NCBI GenBank assembly: GCA_022820485.1
Contig: JAJEFJ010000031.1
Coordinates: forward strand, 2,491-66,490
Direction of reading: 5' to 3'
Length of the DNA: 64,000 bases
Source of the DNA: Candidatus Latescibacterota bacterium
Lineage (GTDB): Bacteria > Latescibacterota > UBA2968 > UBA8231
Below, piece by piece: positions 17,790 through 27,719 of the stretch. Below the pieces are notes generated by a model, which was not told the origin of the DNA, ran no database searches, and was given only the letters and a program-made list of their open reading frames with translations. The position numbers were made by a program, and so were the translations under genes. Numbering within the stretch: position 1 is the first letter of the stretch; every line of letters starts with the position of its first letter.

Positions 17790-20312
17790 ATGAAACGCAA
17801 TCGAAGACTCGTGCTGATCGTGGCACTGATCGCCGCGGCAATGTACTACCTGCTGCCGAGCGTGGAATTTTACAGTATGGCGGACGACGAGCGAGAGGCC
17901 ATGGAGCTAAAATCTCCCGGGCAACTCGTCGATCTGAAAAAGCGCTCGCTCAATTTGGGACTGGATTTGCAGGGCGGCATCCACCTCGTCCTAGAGGTCA
18001 AGACCGAGGGGATGGAGCAGCAGGAAGCCCAAGATGCGGTCGCCCAAGCCCAAGAAGTCATCCGCAACCGCGTCGATCAGTTTGGGGTGGCCGAGCCGAC
18101 CATTCAGCGCCAAGGCGACAACCGCATTATCATCGAGTTGCCCGGCGTCCAAGACGTGCAACGCGCCAAAGATCTAGTGGGCCAAACCGCGCTGCTCGAA
18201 TTCCAGCTCCTCGAACCCGCTGAGGATCGCACCCGCTTGATCCAGCGCATCGACCAAGTGCTGGCTCCGCAAGAAGAGGAAGAAGAGGAAGAAGAAGACC
18301 TCCTCCTTTCCTCCACCGCAGAAAGCGCCCCCCTCTCCTCCATGCTCAGTGGTGCAGGAGAAGACCTCACTGTCTCGGGCCGCGACTTGCAGCGCGTCAA
18401 GAACTTGCTCAACACCCCAGAGGCCCAAGAGCTCATCCCCGCAGACGTAGAATTCCTCTTTTCGAGTAAGCCCGCCGGAGCCGAGGGCAATGAGTTCTAC
18501 TTCCTCTACTTGGTGCGCAAGAAGCCAGAAATGACCGGGCACATGATTCAAGACGCCTTTGTCTCCATCGGCCAAGTAGTAGAGTACATGGGCCAGCCCA
18601 TCGTCAATTTCTCAACCACCGACGAAGGAGTGCGGCTCTTCAGCCGCATCACAGGTTCGCACATCGGCGAGCGCATGGCCATCGTCCTCGACGAATCCGT
18701 GTACTCGGCCCCGACCATCCAGAACAAAATCAGCGAGGGACGCGGCATTATCACCGGCAGCGGCACCCAAGAAGAGGCCAAAGACCTCGCCATCGTGCTG
18801 CGGGCCGGCGCACTACCGGCCGAAGTCGAGATCATCGAAGACCGCACGGTCGGCCCCTCGCTGGGGCGCGACTCCATCGAGCAAGGCAAGACCGCAGCCA
18901 TCTACAGCATGGTACTGGTCGTGATCTTCATGGTCCTCTACTACCGAGCGGCTGGATTGATCGCCGACTGCGCCCTCCTGCTCAACATGCTCTTCATCAT
19001 GGCGGTACTGGCCGGTTTTCACGCCACGCTGACCTTGCCCGGTATCGCCGGCATCATCCTGACCATCGGCATGGCCGTTGACGCCAATGTGCTGATCTTC
19101 GAGCGCATCCGCGAAGAGTTGCGCTCGGGTAAGACCGTGCGCGCGGCCATTGATTCCGGCTATGGCCACGCGCTTTCGGCCATCATCGACGCCAACGTGA
19201 CCACGTTCCTAGTCGGCATCGTGCTCTATCAGTTCGGCACCGGGCCGATCCGCGGCTTTGCTTTGACCCTGTGCATCGGCATCATCTCCAGCCTCTTTAC
19301 GGCCTTCTTTGTAACCCGCACGATCTTCGAGCTGATTACCCGGAAATCAGAGCAATCGAGCTTGAGCATCGGGCCGGTCGCACTGTTCTCCAAGTTGAAC
19401 ATCCGCTTCCTCTCGCTGCGCAACATTGGTTTCGGCACCTCGGCGGCCGTGCTGCTCATCGGCATCGTCTCCATCTTGGGCATCAATGGCATTCGCAAGG
19501 GCATTGACTTTGCCGGCGGCACCTTGCTGGAGTTGCACTTCGATCCAGCCGTCCAAGTCGAGGACATTCGCAGCCAGCTCGGTCGCGTCCCCGTGGGCGA
19601 TGCCGAGATCGACCTGAGCAAGAGCGAGATCAAGCAATTCGGCTCGGAAAACGACATCCTCATCCGCGTCAGCGAGAGCGGGGCAGGCACCGAGGTGGCC
19701 GACGGCATTATGGGAGTTCTCGAGTCCGGATTTGCCGACAACATCGAAGAAATGGAGTGGATTCGCCGCCAAGAAAAGGTCGGCCCCAAAATCGGCAGCG
19801 AACTGAGCAACGCGGCCGTGCGCGCAGTGCTGGTGGCACTGGCGCTGATCCTGATCTACATGGCTTGGCGCTTCCACCGCTTCCTCTACGGCATCGCCGC
19901 GGTAGTCGCGCTCTTCCACGACGTGCTCATCACCCTCGGGCTACTCTCGCTCCTCAACATTGAGATTACCCTCGCGGTGGTCGCCGCCTTGCTGGCCATT
20001 GTCGGCTACTCGCTCAACGACACGATCGTGGTCTTCGACCGCATCCGCGAAAACCTGCACACGGCTCGCCGACAGGGTTTTGACGGCACGGTCAACCAGA
20101 GCATCAACGAGTGTTTGAGCCGCACGCTGATCACCTCGGCGACGACCCTTATGGCGGTACTAGTGCTGATGATCTTTGGCGGCGAGGTCAACCGCGACTT
20201 CACCATCACCTTGATGATCGGCGTTGTGGTCGGGACCTATTCATCCATATTCGTCGCCAGTCCAGTGCTTTACCTAGGCCAACAGCGGGCCGCCGCCAAA
20301 GAGGCCAACTAA
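17790..20312 (+). CDS. secDF: Protein translocase SecD-SecF fusion
   Basis: LGLDLQGG, GMAVDANVLIFERIREE, GIDFAGG, GYSLNDTIVVFDRIRE. Confidence 0.96.
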   Translation: MKRNRRLVLIVALIAAAMYYLLPSVEFYSMADDEREAMELKSPGQLVDLKKRSLNLGLDLQGGIHLVLEVKTEGMEQQEAQDAVAQAQEVIRNRVDQFGVAEPTIQRQGDNRIIIELPGVQDVQRAKDLVGQTALLEFQLLEPAEDRTRLIQRIDQVLAPQEEEEEEEEDLLLSSTAESAPLSSMLSGAGEDLTVSGRDLQRVKNLLNTPEAQELIPADVEFLFSSKPAGAEGNEFYFLYLVRKKPEMTGHMIQDAFVSIGQVVEYMGQPIVNFSTTDEGVRLFSRITGSHIGERMAIVLDESVYSAPTIQNKISEGRGIITGSGTQEEAKDLAIVLRAGALPAEVEIIEDRTVGPSLGRDSIEQGKTAAIYSMVLVVIFMVLYYRAAGLIADCALLLNMLFIMAVLAGFHATLTLPGIAGIILTIGMAVDANVLIFERIREELRSGKTVRAAIDSGYGHALSAIIDANVTTFLVGIVLYQFGTGPIRGFALTLCIGIISSLFTAFFVTRTIFELITRKSEQSSLSIGPVALFSKLNIRFLSLRNIGFGTSAAVLLIGIVSILGINGIRKGIDFAGGTLLELHFDPAVQVEDIRSQLGRVPVGDAEIDLSKSEIKQFGSENDILIRVSESGAGTEVADGIMGVLESGFADNIEEMEWIRRQEKVGPKIGSELSNAAVRAVLVALALILIYMAWRFHRFLYGIAAVVALFHDVLITLGLLSLLNIEITLAVVAALLAIVGYSLNDTIVVFDRIRENLHTARRQGFDGTVNQSINECLSRTLITSATTLMAVLVLMIFGGEVNRDFTITLMIGVVVGTYSSIFVASPVLYLGQQRAAAKEAN

Positions 20313-20346
20313 AGCCAGCCGATTGCGGGCGGGGCCACCTCTCGCC

Positions 20347-21558
20347 ATGAAAACGATAGTAGTAGCTGCCTTTGTCCTGCTCTTGATCTACTACGGACCG
20401 CCGCAGGATCGCTCTAGCCCCTTTGACGTCGCGTGGATGCTGGGTGCGCTGGCCCTCTTGGCCGCGGCTGGAGGCCAATTGGCACAGGCGATTCGCCTAC
20501 CAGCCCTAGTGGGATGGATCGGGGCCGGGATGTTGCTGGGCACCGGCGGCTTGCAACTCGTCGATCTAGGCGCATTTTCCCTGCATCAATTGCTCTTTCT
20601 CACGGCGGGCCTCGGGGTCGGCTTCCAAGTAGGGCTGCACGTAGTATGGCCAACGCACGCTTGGCGCACGCTTGGGTTGGTAGCGGCGGTGACCGCGCTG
20701 GTCTTTGCCGCGGTCACCGCGGCCACCGCATTGCTCGGGCTGCCTTGGGAGCAAGCCGTACTCCTCGGCGCATTGGCCGGCTTGTGGGGGCCTTTCACGG
20801 GTGTACCGGAATTTGGCCGGCGCGGCGCACTAGTGCTGGCCGTGCTAGGGACGGGCTGCGCCCTCGGGGCATTGGCTGGAGCACTGGTTCTGCTGGAAAC
20901 TGGAGCCGCAGGATGGGTCGGGCACGTCGGCCTATCGCTTGTAGCTGGCGGCGGGCTAGGGTTGGGGCTACGCCTTTTAAGGCGATTCGCCACGCCAAGC
21001 GCGACCATAGTCTCCGGCCTAGTCGGGGCTTTTTTCTTAACAGCTCTCGCGCTAGATATCCTCGGGCTGATGGCCTTGCCCTGCGGGTTGGTGGCGGGAC
21101 TCGTACAAGACAAGCAGCAAAGCCGCCGCGTGCGGTTGCTACTGCACCGGAGTGCGCCAGTGGCCTTCATGCTCTTTTTCGCCCTCGTGGGAACCGCGCT
21201 CGATCTCGGTGCACTGTGGCCGCCCGCGGACGGGCTGTACGAGGCCGCGCTCGTCCTAGTGGCCGTGCCGCTGCTTTTGCGAGGCCTGACTCCCATGGCG
21301 TACTACCCGCTACCTGGGCCCCATCCAGGGCGGCGTATTGGCTGGCGTCTCCTGCCGCGCGGCGCGTTGCTGTTCGAGTTGTTCTGCGGCCCGCACGGGC
21401 TGGCCCCCTACGTAGGGGCCGAGGGTCTGTTGGCGCAGGCCGTGTTCTTGGACATTCTCGTTTCGACCCTGCTTTTCTCCTCCTTGTCATTGCTCGTAGA
21501 TGAAAGCCTTAGCGCTGCAGAAAAGGCCCGCTCTGTAGAAGACGGCGCGACGGTCTGA
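20347..21558 (+). CDS. Polytopic membrane protein, cation:proton antiporter-like
   Basis: Many hydrophobic helices; LPALVGWIGAGMLLG, FFALVG, LLPRG. Confidence 0.55.
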   Translation: MKTIVVAAFVLLLIYYGPPQDRSSPFDVAWMLGALALLAAAGGQLAQAIRLPALVGWIGAGMLLGTGGLQLVDLGAFSLHQLLFLTAGLGVGFQVGLHVVWPTHAWRTLGLVAAVTALVFAAVTAATALLGLPWEQAVLLGALAGLWGPFTGVPEFGRRGALVLAVLGTGCALGALAGALVLLETGAAGWVGHVGLSLVAGGGLGLGLRLLRRFATPSATIVSGLVGAFFLTALALDILGLMALPCGLVAGLVQDKQQSRRVRLLLHRSAPVAFMLFFALVGTALDLGALWPPADGLYEAALVLVAVPLLLRGLTPMAYYPLPGPHPGRRIGWRLLPRGALLFELFCGPHGLAPYVGAEGLLAQAVFLDILVSTLLFSSLSLLVDESLSAAEKARSVEDGATV

Positions 21559-21625
21559 GCCGAGCCGCTGTTGGTTTGTGTCCAACTAGGCTGATTCGTA
21601 TCTTTGATAGTCTAGATATTTTTGT

Positions 21626-22318
21626 ATGGACCACATCCGCGACAACTGGGAATTACTGCGCACCCGCATTGAGCGGGCGGCCGAGCGCAGCGGGCGCGCA
21701 GCGGGCGCGATTGAGGTCGTCGCCGTCAGCAAAACGCGCAGTGCATGCGAAATCGAGGCGGCTTACGCCTGCGGCTTGCGCCTCGTGGGCGAAAACCGCA
21801 TCCAAGAAGCAGCAGTCAAGCGCCCACAGGTCGCCGCGCCCCTCGCTTGGCACTTTGTCGGCCACTTGCAGACGAACAAAGCCGGGCAGGCCGTCGAGCT
21901 TTTTGACCTCGTGCAGTCGGTCGATTCCGCACGACTAGCGCGGGCACTCAGCCGCCGCGCCGAGCAGGCCGGCTGCACCATCGAGGTGCTCTTGCAGGTA
22001 AACACGGCCGGCAGCCTGAGCCAAGGCGGGGTGGTTCCCGATCAGCTCGTCGATCTAGTCGCAGCCCTCGCGCCGCTGCCGCACTTGCGGATTCGCGGCC
22101 TGATGACCATTGCCGCCCACAGCGAGGACGAAACCACCGTCCGGGGCTGTTTTCGGACCTTGCGCGAGCTCGGCGAAAAAGTCGCCGAGTGTGACTTTAC
22201 AGGCGTGTCCGTGGACTACCTATCCATGGGCATGAGCGGCGACTTTGAACTCGCCATCGCCGAAGGGGCCAATTTGTTGCGCCTCGGCACGGCGATCTTC
22301 GGCCCGCGGCCGACCTGA
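21626..22318 (+). CDS. yggS: YggS-family PLP homeostasis protein
   Basis: VAVSK, GENRIQE, WHFVGHLQTNK, LSMGMSGD, RLGTAIFG. Confidence 0.96.
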   Translation: MDHIRDNWELLRTRIERAAERSGRAAGAIEVVAVSKTRSACEIEAAYACGLRLVGENRIQEAAVKRPQVAAPLAWHFVGHLQTNKAGQAVELFDLVQSVDSARLARALSRRAEQAGCTIEVLLQVNTAGSLSQGGVVPDQLVDLVAALAPLPHLRIRGLMTIAAHSEDETTVRGCFRTLRELGEKVAECDFTGVSVDYLSMGMSGDFELAIAEGANLLRLGTAIFGPRPT

Positions 22319-22334
22319 TGCATAGGAGATAATC

Positions 22335-22628
22335 GTGTTCGATTTCGGCGGTTTTTTTACAGACGTCAAGGGCCTCCTCATTGGTCTCATCACGATCTAT
22401 AGCTACGTGGTCCTCATCCGGGTGCTGATCTCGTGGTTTAATCCCAGCCCCCACAACCCACTCGTCCAATTCCTACGCGGCGTCACCGATCCGGCCCTCG
22501 ATACAGTGCGCTCCTTCTTGCCGAGGTTTTTCTGGTCAACTGGAATAGACTTTACGCCGATAGTCCTGTTTTTCCTGCTCAGGCTCGTCGTCGTCTTTCT
22601 CCACAATATCTTCCCCGTAGCCGAATGA
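22335..22628 (+). CDS. yggT: YggT-family membrane protein
   Basis: ISWFNPSPHNP...VTDP...IDFTP. Confidence 0.9.
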   Translation: MFDFGGFFTDVKGLLIGLITIYSYVVLIRVLISWFNPSPHNPLVQFLRGVTDPALDTVRSFLPRFFWSTGIDFTPIVLFFLLRLVVVFLHNIFPVAE

Positions 22629-25600
22629 GCATGGCACCCCAAACCCCTTTTGCCTCTGTTCCGTCCCAAGTCGATTTCCCCGCTCAGGAACGCGAAATCC
22701 TCGAGGTCTGGCGCGACGGCAACCTGTATCGCAAATCCGTCGATGCCCGCTCGGTCAAGCGGCCCTTTCGCTTCTACGACGGGCCGCCCTTTGCAACCGG
22801 CCTGCCCCACTACGGACACCTGCTGGCGTCCATCACCAAAGACGTGGTGCCCCGCTACTGGACGATGCGCGGCTACCGGGTCGAGCGCCGCTGGGGCTGG
22901 GACTGCCACGGCCTACCCGTCGAAAACGAAGCTGAACAGCAGCTCGGGCTCCGGTCGCGGCGCGACATTCTCGAGTACGGCGTAACCCAGTTCAACGAGG
23001 CCTGTCGAGATTTGGTGCTGCGCTACACGGCCGAGTGGCAGCGGCTGATCGAGCGACTGGGGCGCTGGGTTGACTGGGACCATCAGTACCGGACGATGGA
23101 CCCCGATTTCATGGAGTCCGTGTGGTGGGTTTTCAAGTCGCTGTGGGATAAGGGACTCGTCTATGAGGGCTACAAGTCCCTCGCCTACTGTCCCCGCTGC
23201 GCCACACCGCTGTCGAACTTCGAGGTCAACCAAGGCTACCAAGACACGCAGGACCCGTCGATCACAGTGCGCTTCCGCGTCGTCGGCGAGCCGCGCCTGT
23301 CCCTGCTCGCTTGGACGACGACCCCGTGGACGCTGCCCTCCAACATGGGCTTGGCCGTCGGCCGCGACATCGACTACGTGCGCGCCACCACCCGCGACGG
23401 AGAACAATTGATCCTCGCCGCTTCCCTCGTCGAAGACCATTTCCGTCGGCACGACAGCGAAATCGCCGAGGTAACGCCGATCGCCGTCGAAGACCTCGTC
23501 GGGCTGCGCTACGAGCCTCTGTTCTCCTACTTCGCTGGCCATGCCGAAGAGGGCGCTTTCCGCGTCGTGACGGCCGACTTTGTATCCACCGACGACGGCA
23601 CCGGCATCGTCCACATTGCCCCGGGGTTTGGCGAGGACGACTACCAACTTGGCCTAGCCGAAGGCTTGCCCGTGGTATGCCCCATCGACGCCGACTGCTG
23701 CTTCACCGACGAGCTCCCAGACTTTGCGGGCACTTTCGTGAAGGACACCGATACGCCCCTCATCCGCCGCTTGCGCGCCTCGGGCCAGCTATTCTCCGAA
23801 GGCTCCATCGAGCACTCGTACCCCTTCTGCTGGCGCTGCGACTCGCCTCTCATCTACCGCACGATCTCCACTTGGTTCGTAAAAATCGAAGGCGAGGTAA
23901 AAGAGAAGATGCTCGCCGCCAATCAGCAGATCTGGTGGATTCCCGAGCACATCCGCGATGGCCGCTTTGGCAAGGGCATTGAGTCGGCACCAGACTGGGC
24001 CGTCAGCCGCAACCGCTACTGGGGAACGCCGCTGCCGATTTGGCGCAACGAGGAGACGGGCGAAGCCGTATGCATCGGCAGCCGCGAGGAGTTGTGCGAA
24101 CTCACCGGCCGCGAAGTCGATGACCTACACAAGCACTTCATCGACGACCTCGAGATCCCGGCACCGTCGGGGAACGGCTCGCTGCGGCGCGTGTCCGAAG
24201 TCCTCGACTGCTGGTTCGAGTCTGGGTCCATGCCGTACGCGCAAAGCCATTACCCCTTCGGGCGGCGCGAGGACTTTGAGGCCTCTTTCCCAGCCAACTT
24301 CATCTCCGAGAACCTCGATCAGACCCGAGGGTGGTTCTACACCCTGACGATCTTGGCCGCGGCGCTATTCGACAAGCCGGCTTTCCACAACTGCATCGTC
24401 GGCGGCATGCTGCTAGCCGCCGACGGACGCAAGCTGAGCAAGCGCTTGAAGAACTATCCCGATCCGGCTGAGATGCTCGAGACCTACGGAGCCGACGCCC
24501 TGCGCCTCTATCTGCTCAACTCGCCGGCCATGAAGGCCGAAGAGATGCGTATGACCGAAGAGGGCATCAAGCAGAGCCTGCGCGATGTCATCATTCCCTT
24601 GTGGAATGCCTACAGCTTCTTCGTCACCTACGCGACCATTGACGGCTGGACGCCAGATGAGCGCCGTGCGCAGCCGCTCGACCACCGCCTCGACCGCTGG
24701 ATTCTTTCGGAGTTGCAGACCCTGCTCCACGACCTCAACGCCGAAATGGAAGCCTACCGGCTCTATCGCACGGTACCGGCAATGGTGGCCTTTATCGAGA
24801 AGCTGACCAACTGGTACATCCGCCGCAGCCGCCGCCGCTTCTGGAAATCCGAAGACGACCAAGACAAGGCGGCCGCGTACGACACCCTCTATCGGGTGCT
24901 GGTGACCTTCATCAAAGCCCTCGCGCCGGTCTTGCCCTTTATCACCGAGATGATCTACCAAAACTTGGTGCGCCGCGTGGACCCCGAGGCACCTGAAAGC
25001 ATCCACCTGTGCGACATGCCCCAGGCCGACGAGCACTTGCGCGACGCCGCCTTAGAACAGCAAATGGAACTAGCCACGCGGGCCGTGGTCTTGGGCCGCT
25101 CGCTGCGCAGCAAGCACGAGCTCAAGGTGCGCCAGCCGCTGCGGCACCTCTATCTTTTGCCCCCCAACGGACACAGCCACCACGGGCTGGAGCAGATGAC
25201 CGACCTACTAGCCGACGAACTCAACGTCAAGGAGGTGGTGCTGGTGGAGGAAGAGACCGAGTTCAGCGAGGTCTCCTACCGGCCCGACTTCCGCGCCTTA
25301 GGACCGCGTTTCGGCAAGCGGATGCCAGAAGTCGCCGCTCGTATCCAAGCCCTGACGGTCGAGGATGTACACCTCCTCGAAAGCGGCGGCCAACTCTCCG
25401 TGGTCGGCGGCGAGATCGGGCTGGACGACATCGTCGTCCAGCGCCGCGAGAAGGAGGGCGTGGTGGTAGCCCTCGACAACAACCTCGGGGTGGGGTTAGA
25501 CGTCCAACTCGACGACGAGTTAATCGCCGAATGCACTGCGCGCGAATTCGTCAACCGCGTGCAGAACATGCGCAAAGACGCCGGGCTAGACGTCGCCGAC

Positions 25601-25786
25601 CGCATCCACGTCTGGGTACAAGGCACGACCACTCTGGAGGAAGCGGTTCAGCAGCACCGCGAGTACATCGCCGCCGAAATTTTAGCGCTAGCCCTCCACA
25701 CCGGAGAATTGCCCCAAGAGGCGCTCTTGCAACAGGAGCGGCAGGTCAACGGCCACAATGGCACCATTGCCATCGCTAGGGCCTAG
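22625..25786 (+). CDS. ileS: Isoleucine-tRNA ligase (type 2)
   Basis: DGPPFATGLPHYGH, GWDCHGLP, WTTTPWTLP, DQTRGWFY, KLSKR. Confidence 0.97.
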   Translation: MSMAPQTPFASVPSQVDFPAQEREILEVWRDGNLYRKSVDARSVKRPFRFYDGPPFATGLPHYGHLLASITKDVVPRYWTMRGYRVERRWGWDCHGLPVENEAEQQLGLRSRRDILEYGVTQFNEACRDLVLRYTAEWQRLIERLGRWVDWDHQYRTMDPDFMESVWWVFKSLWDKGLVYEGYKSLAYCPRCATPLSNFEVNQGYQDTQDPSITVRFRVVGEPRLSLLAWTTTPWTLPSNMGLAVGRDIDYVRATTRDGEQLILAASLVEDHFRRHDSEIAEVTPIAVEDLVGLRYEPLFSYFAGHAEEGAFRVVTADFVSTDDGTGIVHIAPGFGEDDYQLGLAEGLPVVCPIDADCCFTDELPDFAGTFVKDTDTPLIRRLRASGQLFSEGSIEHSYPFCWRCDSPLIYRTISTWFVKIEGEVKEKMLAANQQIWWIPEHIRDGRFGKGIESAPDWAVSRNRYWGTPLPIWRNEETGEAVCIGSREELCELTGREVDDLHKHFIDDLEIPAPSGNGSLRRVSEVLDCWFESGSMPYAQSHYPFGRREDFEASFPANFISENLDQTRGWFYTLTILAAALFDKPAFHNCIVGGMLLAADGRKLSKRLKNYPDPAEMLETYGADALRLYLLNSPAMKAEEMRMTEEGIKQSLRDVIIPLWNAYSFFVTYATIDGWTPDERRAQPLDHRLDRWILSELQTLLHDLNAEMEAYRLYRTVPAMVAFIEKLTNWYIRRSRRRFWKSEDDQDKAAAYDTLYRVLVTFIKALAPVLPFITEMIYQNLVRRVDPEAPESIHLCDMPQADEHLRDAALEQQMELATRAVVLGRSLRSKHELKVRQPLRHLYLLPPNGHSHHGLEQMTDLLADELNVKEVVLVEEETEFSEVSYRPDFRALGPRFGKRMPEVAARIQALTVEDVHLLESGGQLSVVGGEIGLDDIVVQRREKEGVVVALDNNLGVGLDVQLDDELIAECTAREFVNRVQNMRKDAGLDVADRIHVWVQGTTTLEEAVQQHREYIAAEILALALHTGELPQEALLQQERQVNGHNGTIAIARA

Positions 25787-25812
25787 TACTAGTGAAGAGA
25801 GGTAAACGTAAA

Positions 25813-26217
25813 ATGGACAACAAACCCAATCAGCTGGACCAAAAAGACCTCGATTTCTTCAAAAAATTGCTCCTCGAAAAAATTTCCCAGACCTCGGATG
25901 ACGTCGAAGCCATCGAAAACACCTCGCGCAACGACGCCCGGGAAACAGCCTCCGAGGACCGCTCGACCTACTCGCTGCACATGGCCGACCACGGGACCGA
26001 CGCCATGGAGCGGGAAAAATCCCTACTCCTCGCCCAGCGCGGGGGCGATTACATCATCTACTTAAACGAGGCCCTGCAACGCATCGAGGACGGCACTTTT
26101 GGCATCTGCCGCACCTGCAAAGGGACAATCGGCCGCGGCCGCCTAGAGGCCGTGCCCACCGCCACCCAGTGCATTAGCTGCAAATCCAAACGCGAAGAGG
26201 CGTCGGACTTAGAGTGA
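25813..26217 (+). CDS. TraR/DksA C4 zinc-finger protein
   Basis: HMADHGTD, CRTC...RLEAVP...CISC. Confidence 0.92.
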   Translation: MDNKPNQLDQKDLDFFKKLLLEKISQTSDDVEAIENTSRNDARETASEDRSTYSLHMADHGTDAMEREKSLLLAQRGGDYIIYLNEALQRIEDGTFGICRTCKGTIGRGRLEAVPTATQCISCKSKREEASDLE

Positions 26218-26720
26218 CGTTTCTGTGGATCATACCACTGGCCGTGGCCATCGATCAAGCAAGCAAATTCATCGTCCGCGGCTCCATGGCGCTGTACCAG
26301 TCCGAACCTGTATTGGGCAACTTTTTCCGCCTGACCTACATCCACAACCCTGGCGCGGCCTTCGGGCTAAACATGGGCAGCCCGCTGTTGCACACGGTCT
26401 TCTCGTTCCTAGCCCTCGGCATCCTCATTTACCTCTACCGCTCGCTCACCGCAAATGAGCGGCTTTTGCGCCTAGCGCTCTGCCTAGTGTTAGGCGGTGC
26501 CGTGGGCAACATCATCGACCGCCTGTACTTGGGGGAAGTGGTGGATTTTTTCGACTTCGGCCTCGGGGATTTGCGCTGGCCGATCTTCAACTTTGCCGAT
26601 TCCTTCGTCACCGTCGGCGTCTTGCTCTTGGCCTTGGGCTACTCTCGCCGCGAAAAGACGGACTCCTCCCCAGAGCAGCCGTCCTCTCCTGAGTCCGAAG
26701 AGGAAACCGTCCGGGAGTAA
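26214..26720 (+). CDS. lspA: Lipoprotein signal peptidase II
   Basis: NPGAAFG, GNIIDR, VVDFF, FNFAD. Confidence 0.96.
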   Translation: MTFLWIIPLAVAIDQASKFIVRGSMALYQSEPVLGNFFRLTYIHNPGAAFGLNMGSPLLHTVFSFLALGILIYLYRSLTANERLLRLALCLVLGGAVGNIIDRLYLGEVVDFFDFGLGDLRWPIFNFADSFVTVGVLLLALGYSRREKTDSSPEQPSSPESEEETVRE

Positions 26721-26726
26721 ATTCCC

Positions 26727-27680
26727 ATGGACCTCGCCGTCCCCGTCGAATCAGCCGCCGAGCGGCTCGATCTTTTCCTCCGCGTCCACTGTCCCCAACA
26801 TTCGCGCAGCAGCATCCAAGCACTCATCAAGGCCGGAGCAATCCGCGTCAACGGCCAAAAGACGCGCCCGGCCTACTTGGTCCAGCCCGGAGACGAAATC
26901 GCCGTCGAACTGCCCGAGCCCGAGCCATTAGCCATGCGTCCCGAGCCGCTGCCCCTGTCCATCGCGTACGAAGACGACGATCTGCTAGTCGTGAACAAGG
27001 CGGCCGGCATGACCGTGCATCCGGCTCCAGGCGCGACCGAGGGCACCCTCGTCAACGCGCTGTTGCACCACTGCCGCGACCTGTCGGGCATCAACGGCGC
27101 GCTCCGGCCGGGAATCGTCCACCGGCTCGACAAGGAAACCAGCGGCTTGCTACTAGTCGCCAAGCGCGACGCCGCCCACCGGACGCTGGCCGCAAGCCTC
27201 CAAGCGCACCAGATCGAACGCCGGTACACCGCCTTAGTGTGGGGCGTCTTGCGCGAGGAAAATGGGCGGATCGAAGCGCCGATTGGCCGCCATCCCAAAA
27301 ACCGCAAGAAGATGGCCGTGGTCGAGGATGGGCGAGCGGCGGCGACCCATTTCAGCGTCGCCAAGCGTTGTCCTTTTACGACCTTGATCGAGTGTCAGCT
27401 AGAGACCGGACGCACACACCAAATCCGCGTGCATCTGGCCCATATCGGCTATCCAGTCTTCGGCGACCCCGTGTACGGAGGCCGCGACCAAGCTAGAGGA
27501 GTTCGCCCCGAGTACCGACGCCAAGCCAACTGGATGCTGAGCCTGATCAAACGCCAAGCCCTGCACGCCAAAAAACTGCGCTTCGCACATCCGACTACTG
27601 GAGAGATGATGGAGTTCACCGCGCCGCTGCCGGAGGACTTTCAGGCCGCATTAGAAGCGGCGCGGATGGAAAGCGGATAG
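26727..27680 (+). CDS. rluD: RluA/RluD pseudouridine synthase
   Basis: S4 domain, HRLDKETSG, TGRTHQIRVH. Confidence 0.93.
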   Translation: MDLAVPVESAAERLDLFLRVHCPQHSRSSIQALIKAGAIRVNGQKTRPAYLVQPGDEIAVELPEPEPLAMRPEPLPLSIAYEDDDLLVVNKAAGMTVHPAPGATEGTLVNALLHHCRDLSGINGALRPGIVHRLDKETSGLLLVAKRDAAHRTLAASLQAHQIERRYTALVWGVLREENGRIEAPIGRHPKNRKKMAVVEDGRAAATHFSVAKRCPFTTLIECQLETGRTHQIRVHLAHIGYPVFGDPVYGGRDQARGVRPEYRRQANWMLSLIKRQALHAKKLRFAHPTTGEMMEFTAPLPEDFQAALEAARMESG

Positions 27681-27719
27681 TACGCCACGACCCTAGACAA
27701 CCGACGAGGAGGACGGCCG

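Noticed and set aside
18270-18315. Poly-Glu purine tract in secDF
   Set aside because: In-frame low-complexity linker in a variable periplasmic loop.
20347-21558. Apparently frequent CTAG tetramers
   Set aside because: Cannot be quantified by eye; needs an observed/expected k-mer count.
22625-27680. Type 2 IleRS and ileS-dksA-lspA-rluD order as a novelty
   Set aside because: Common housekeeping arrangement, and HYGH is ordinary for type 2 IleRS.
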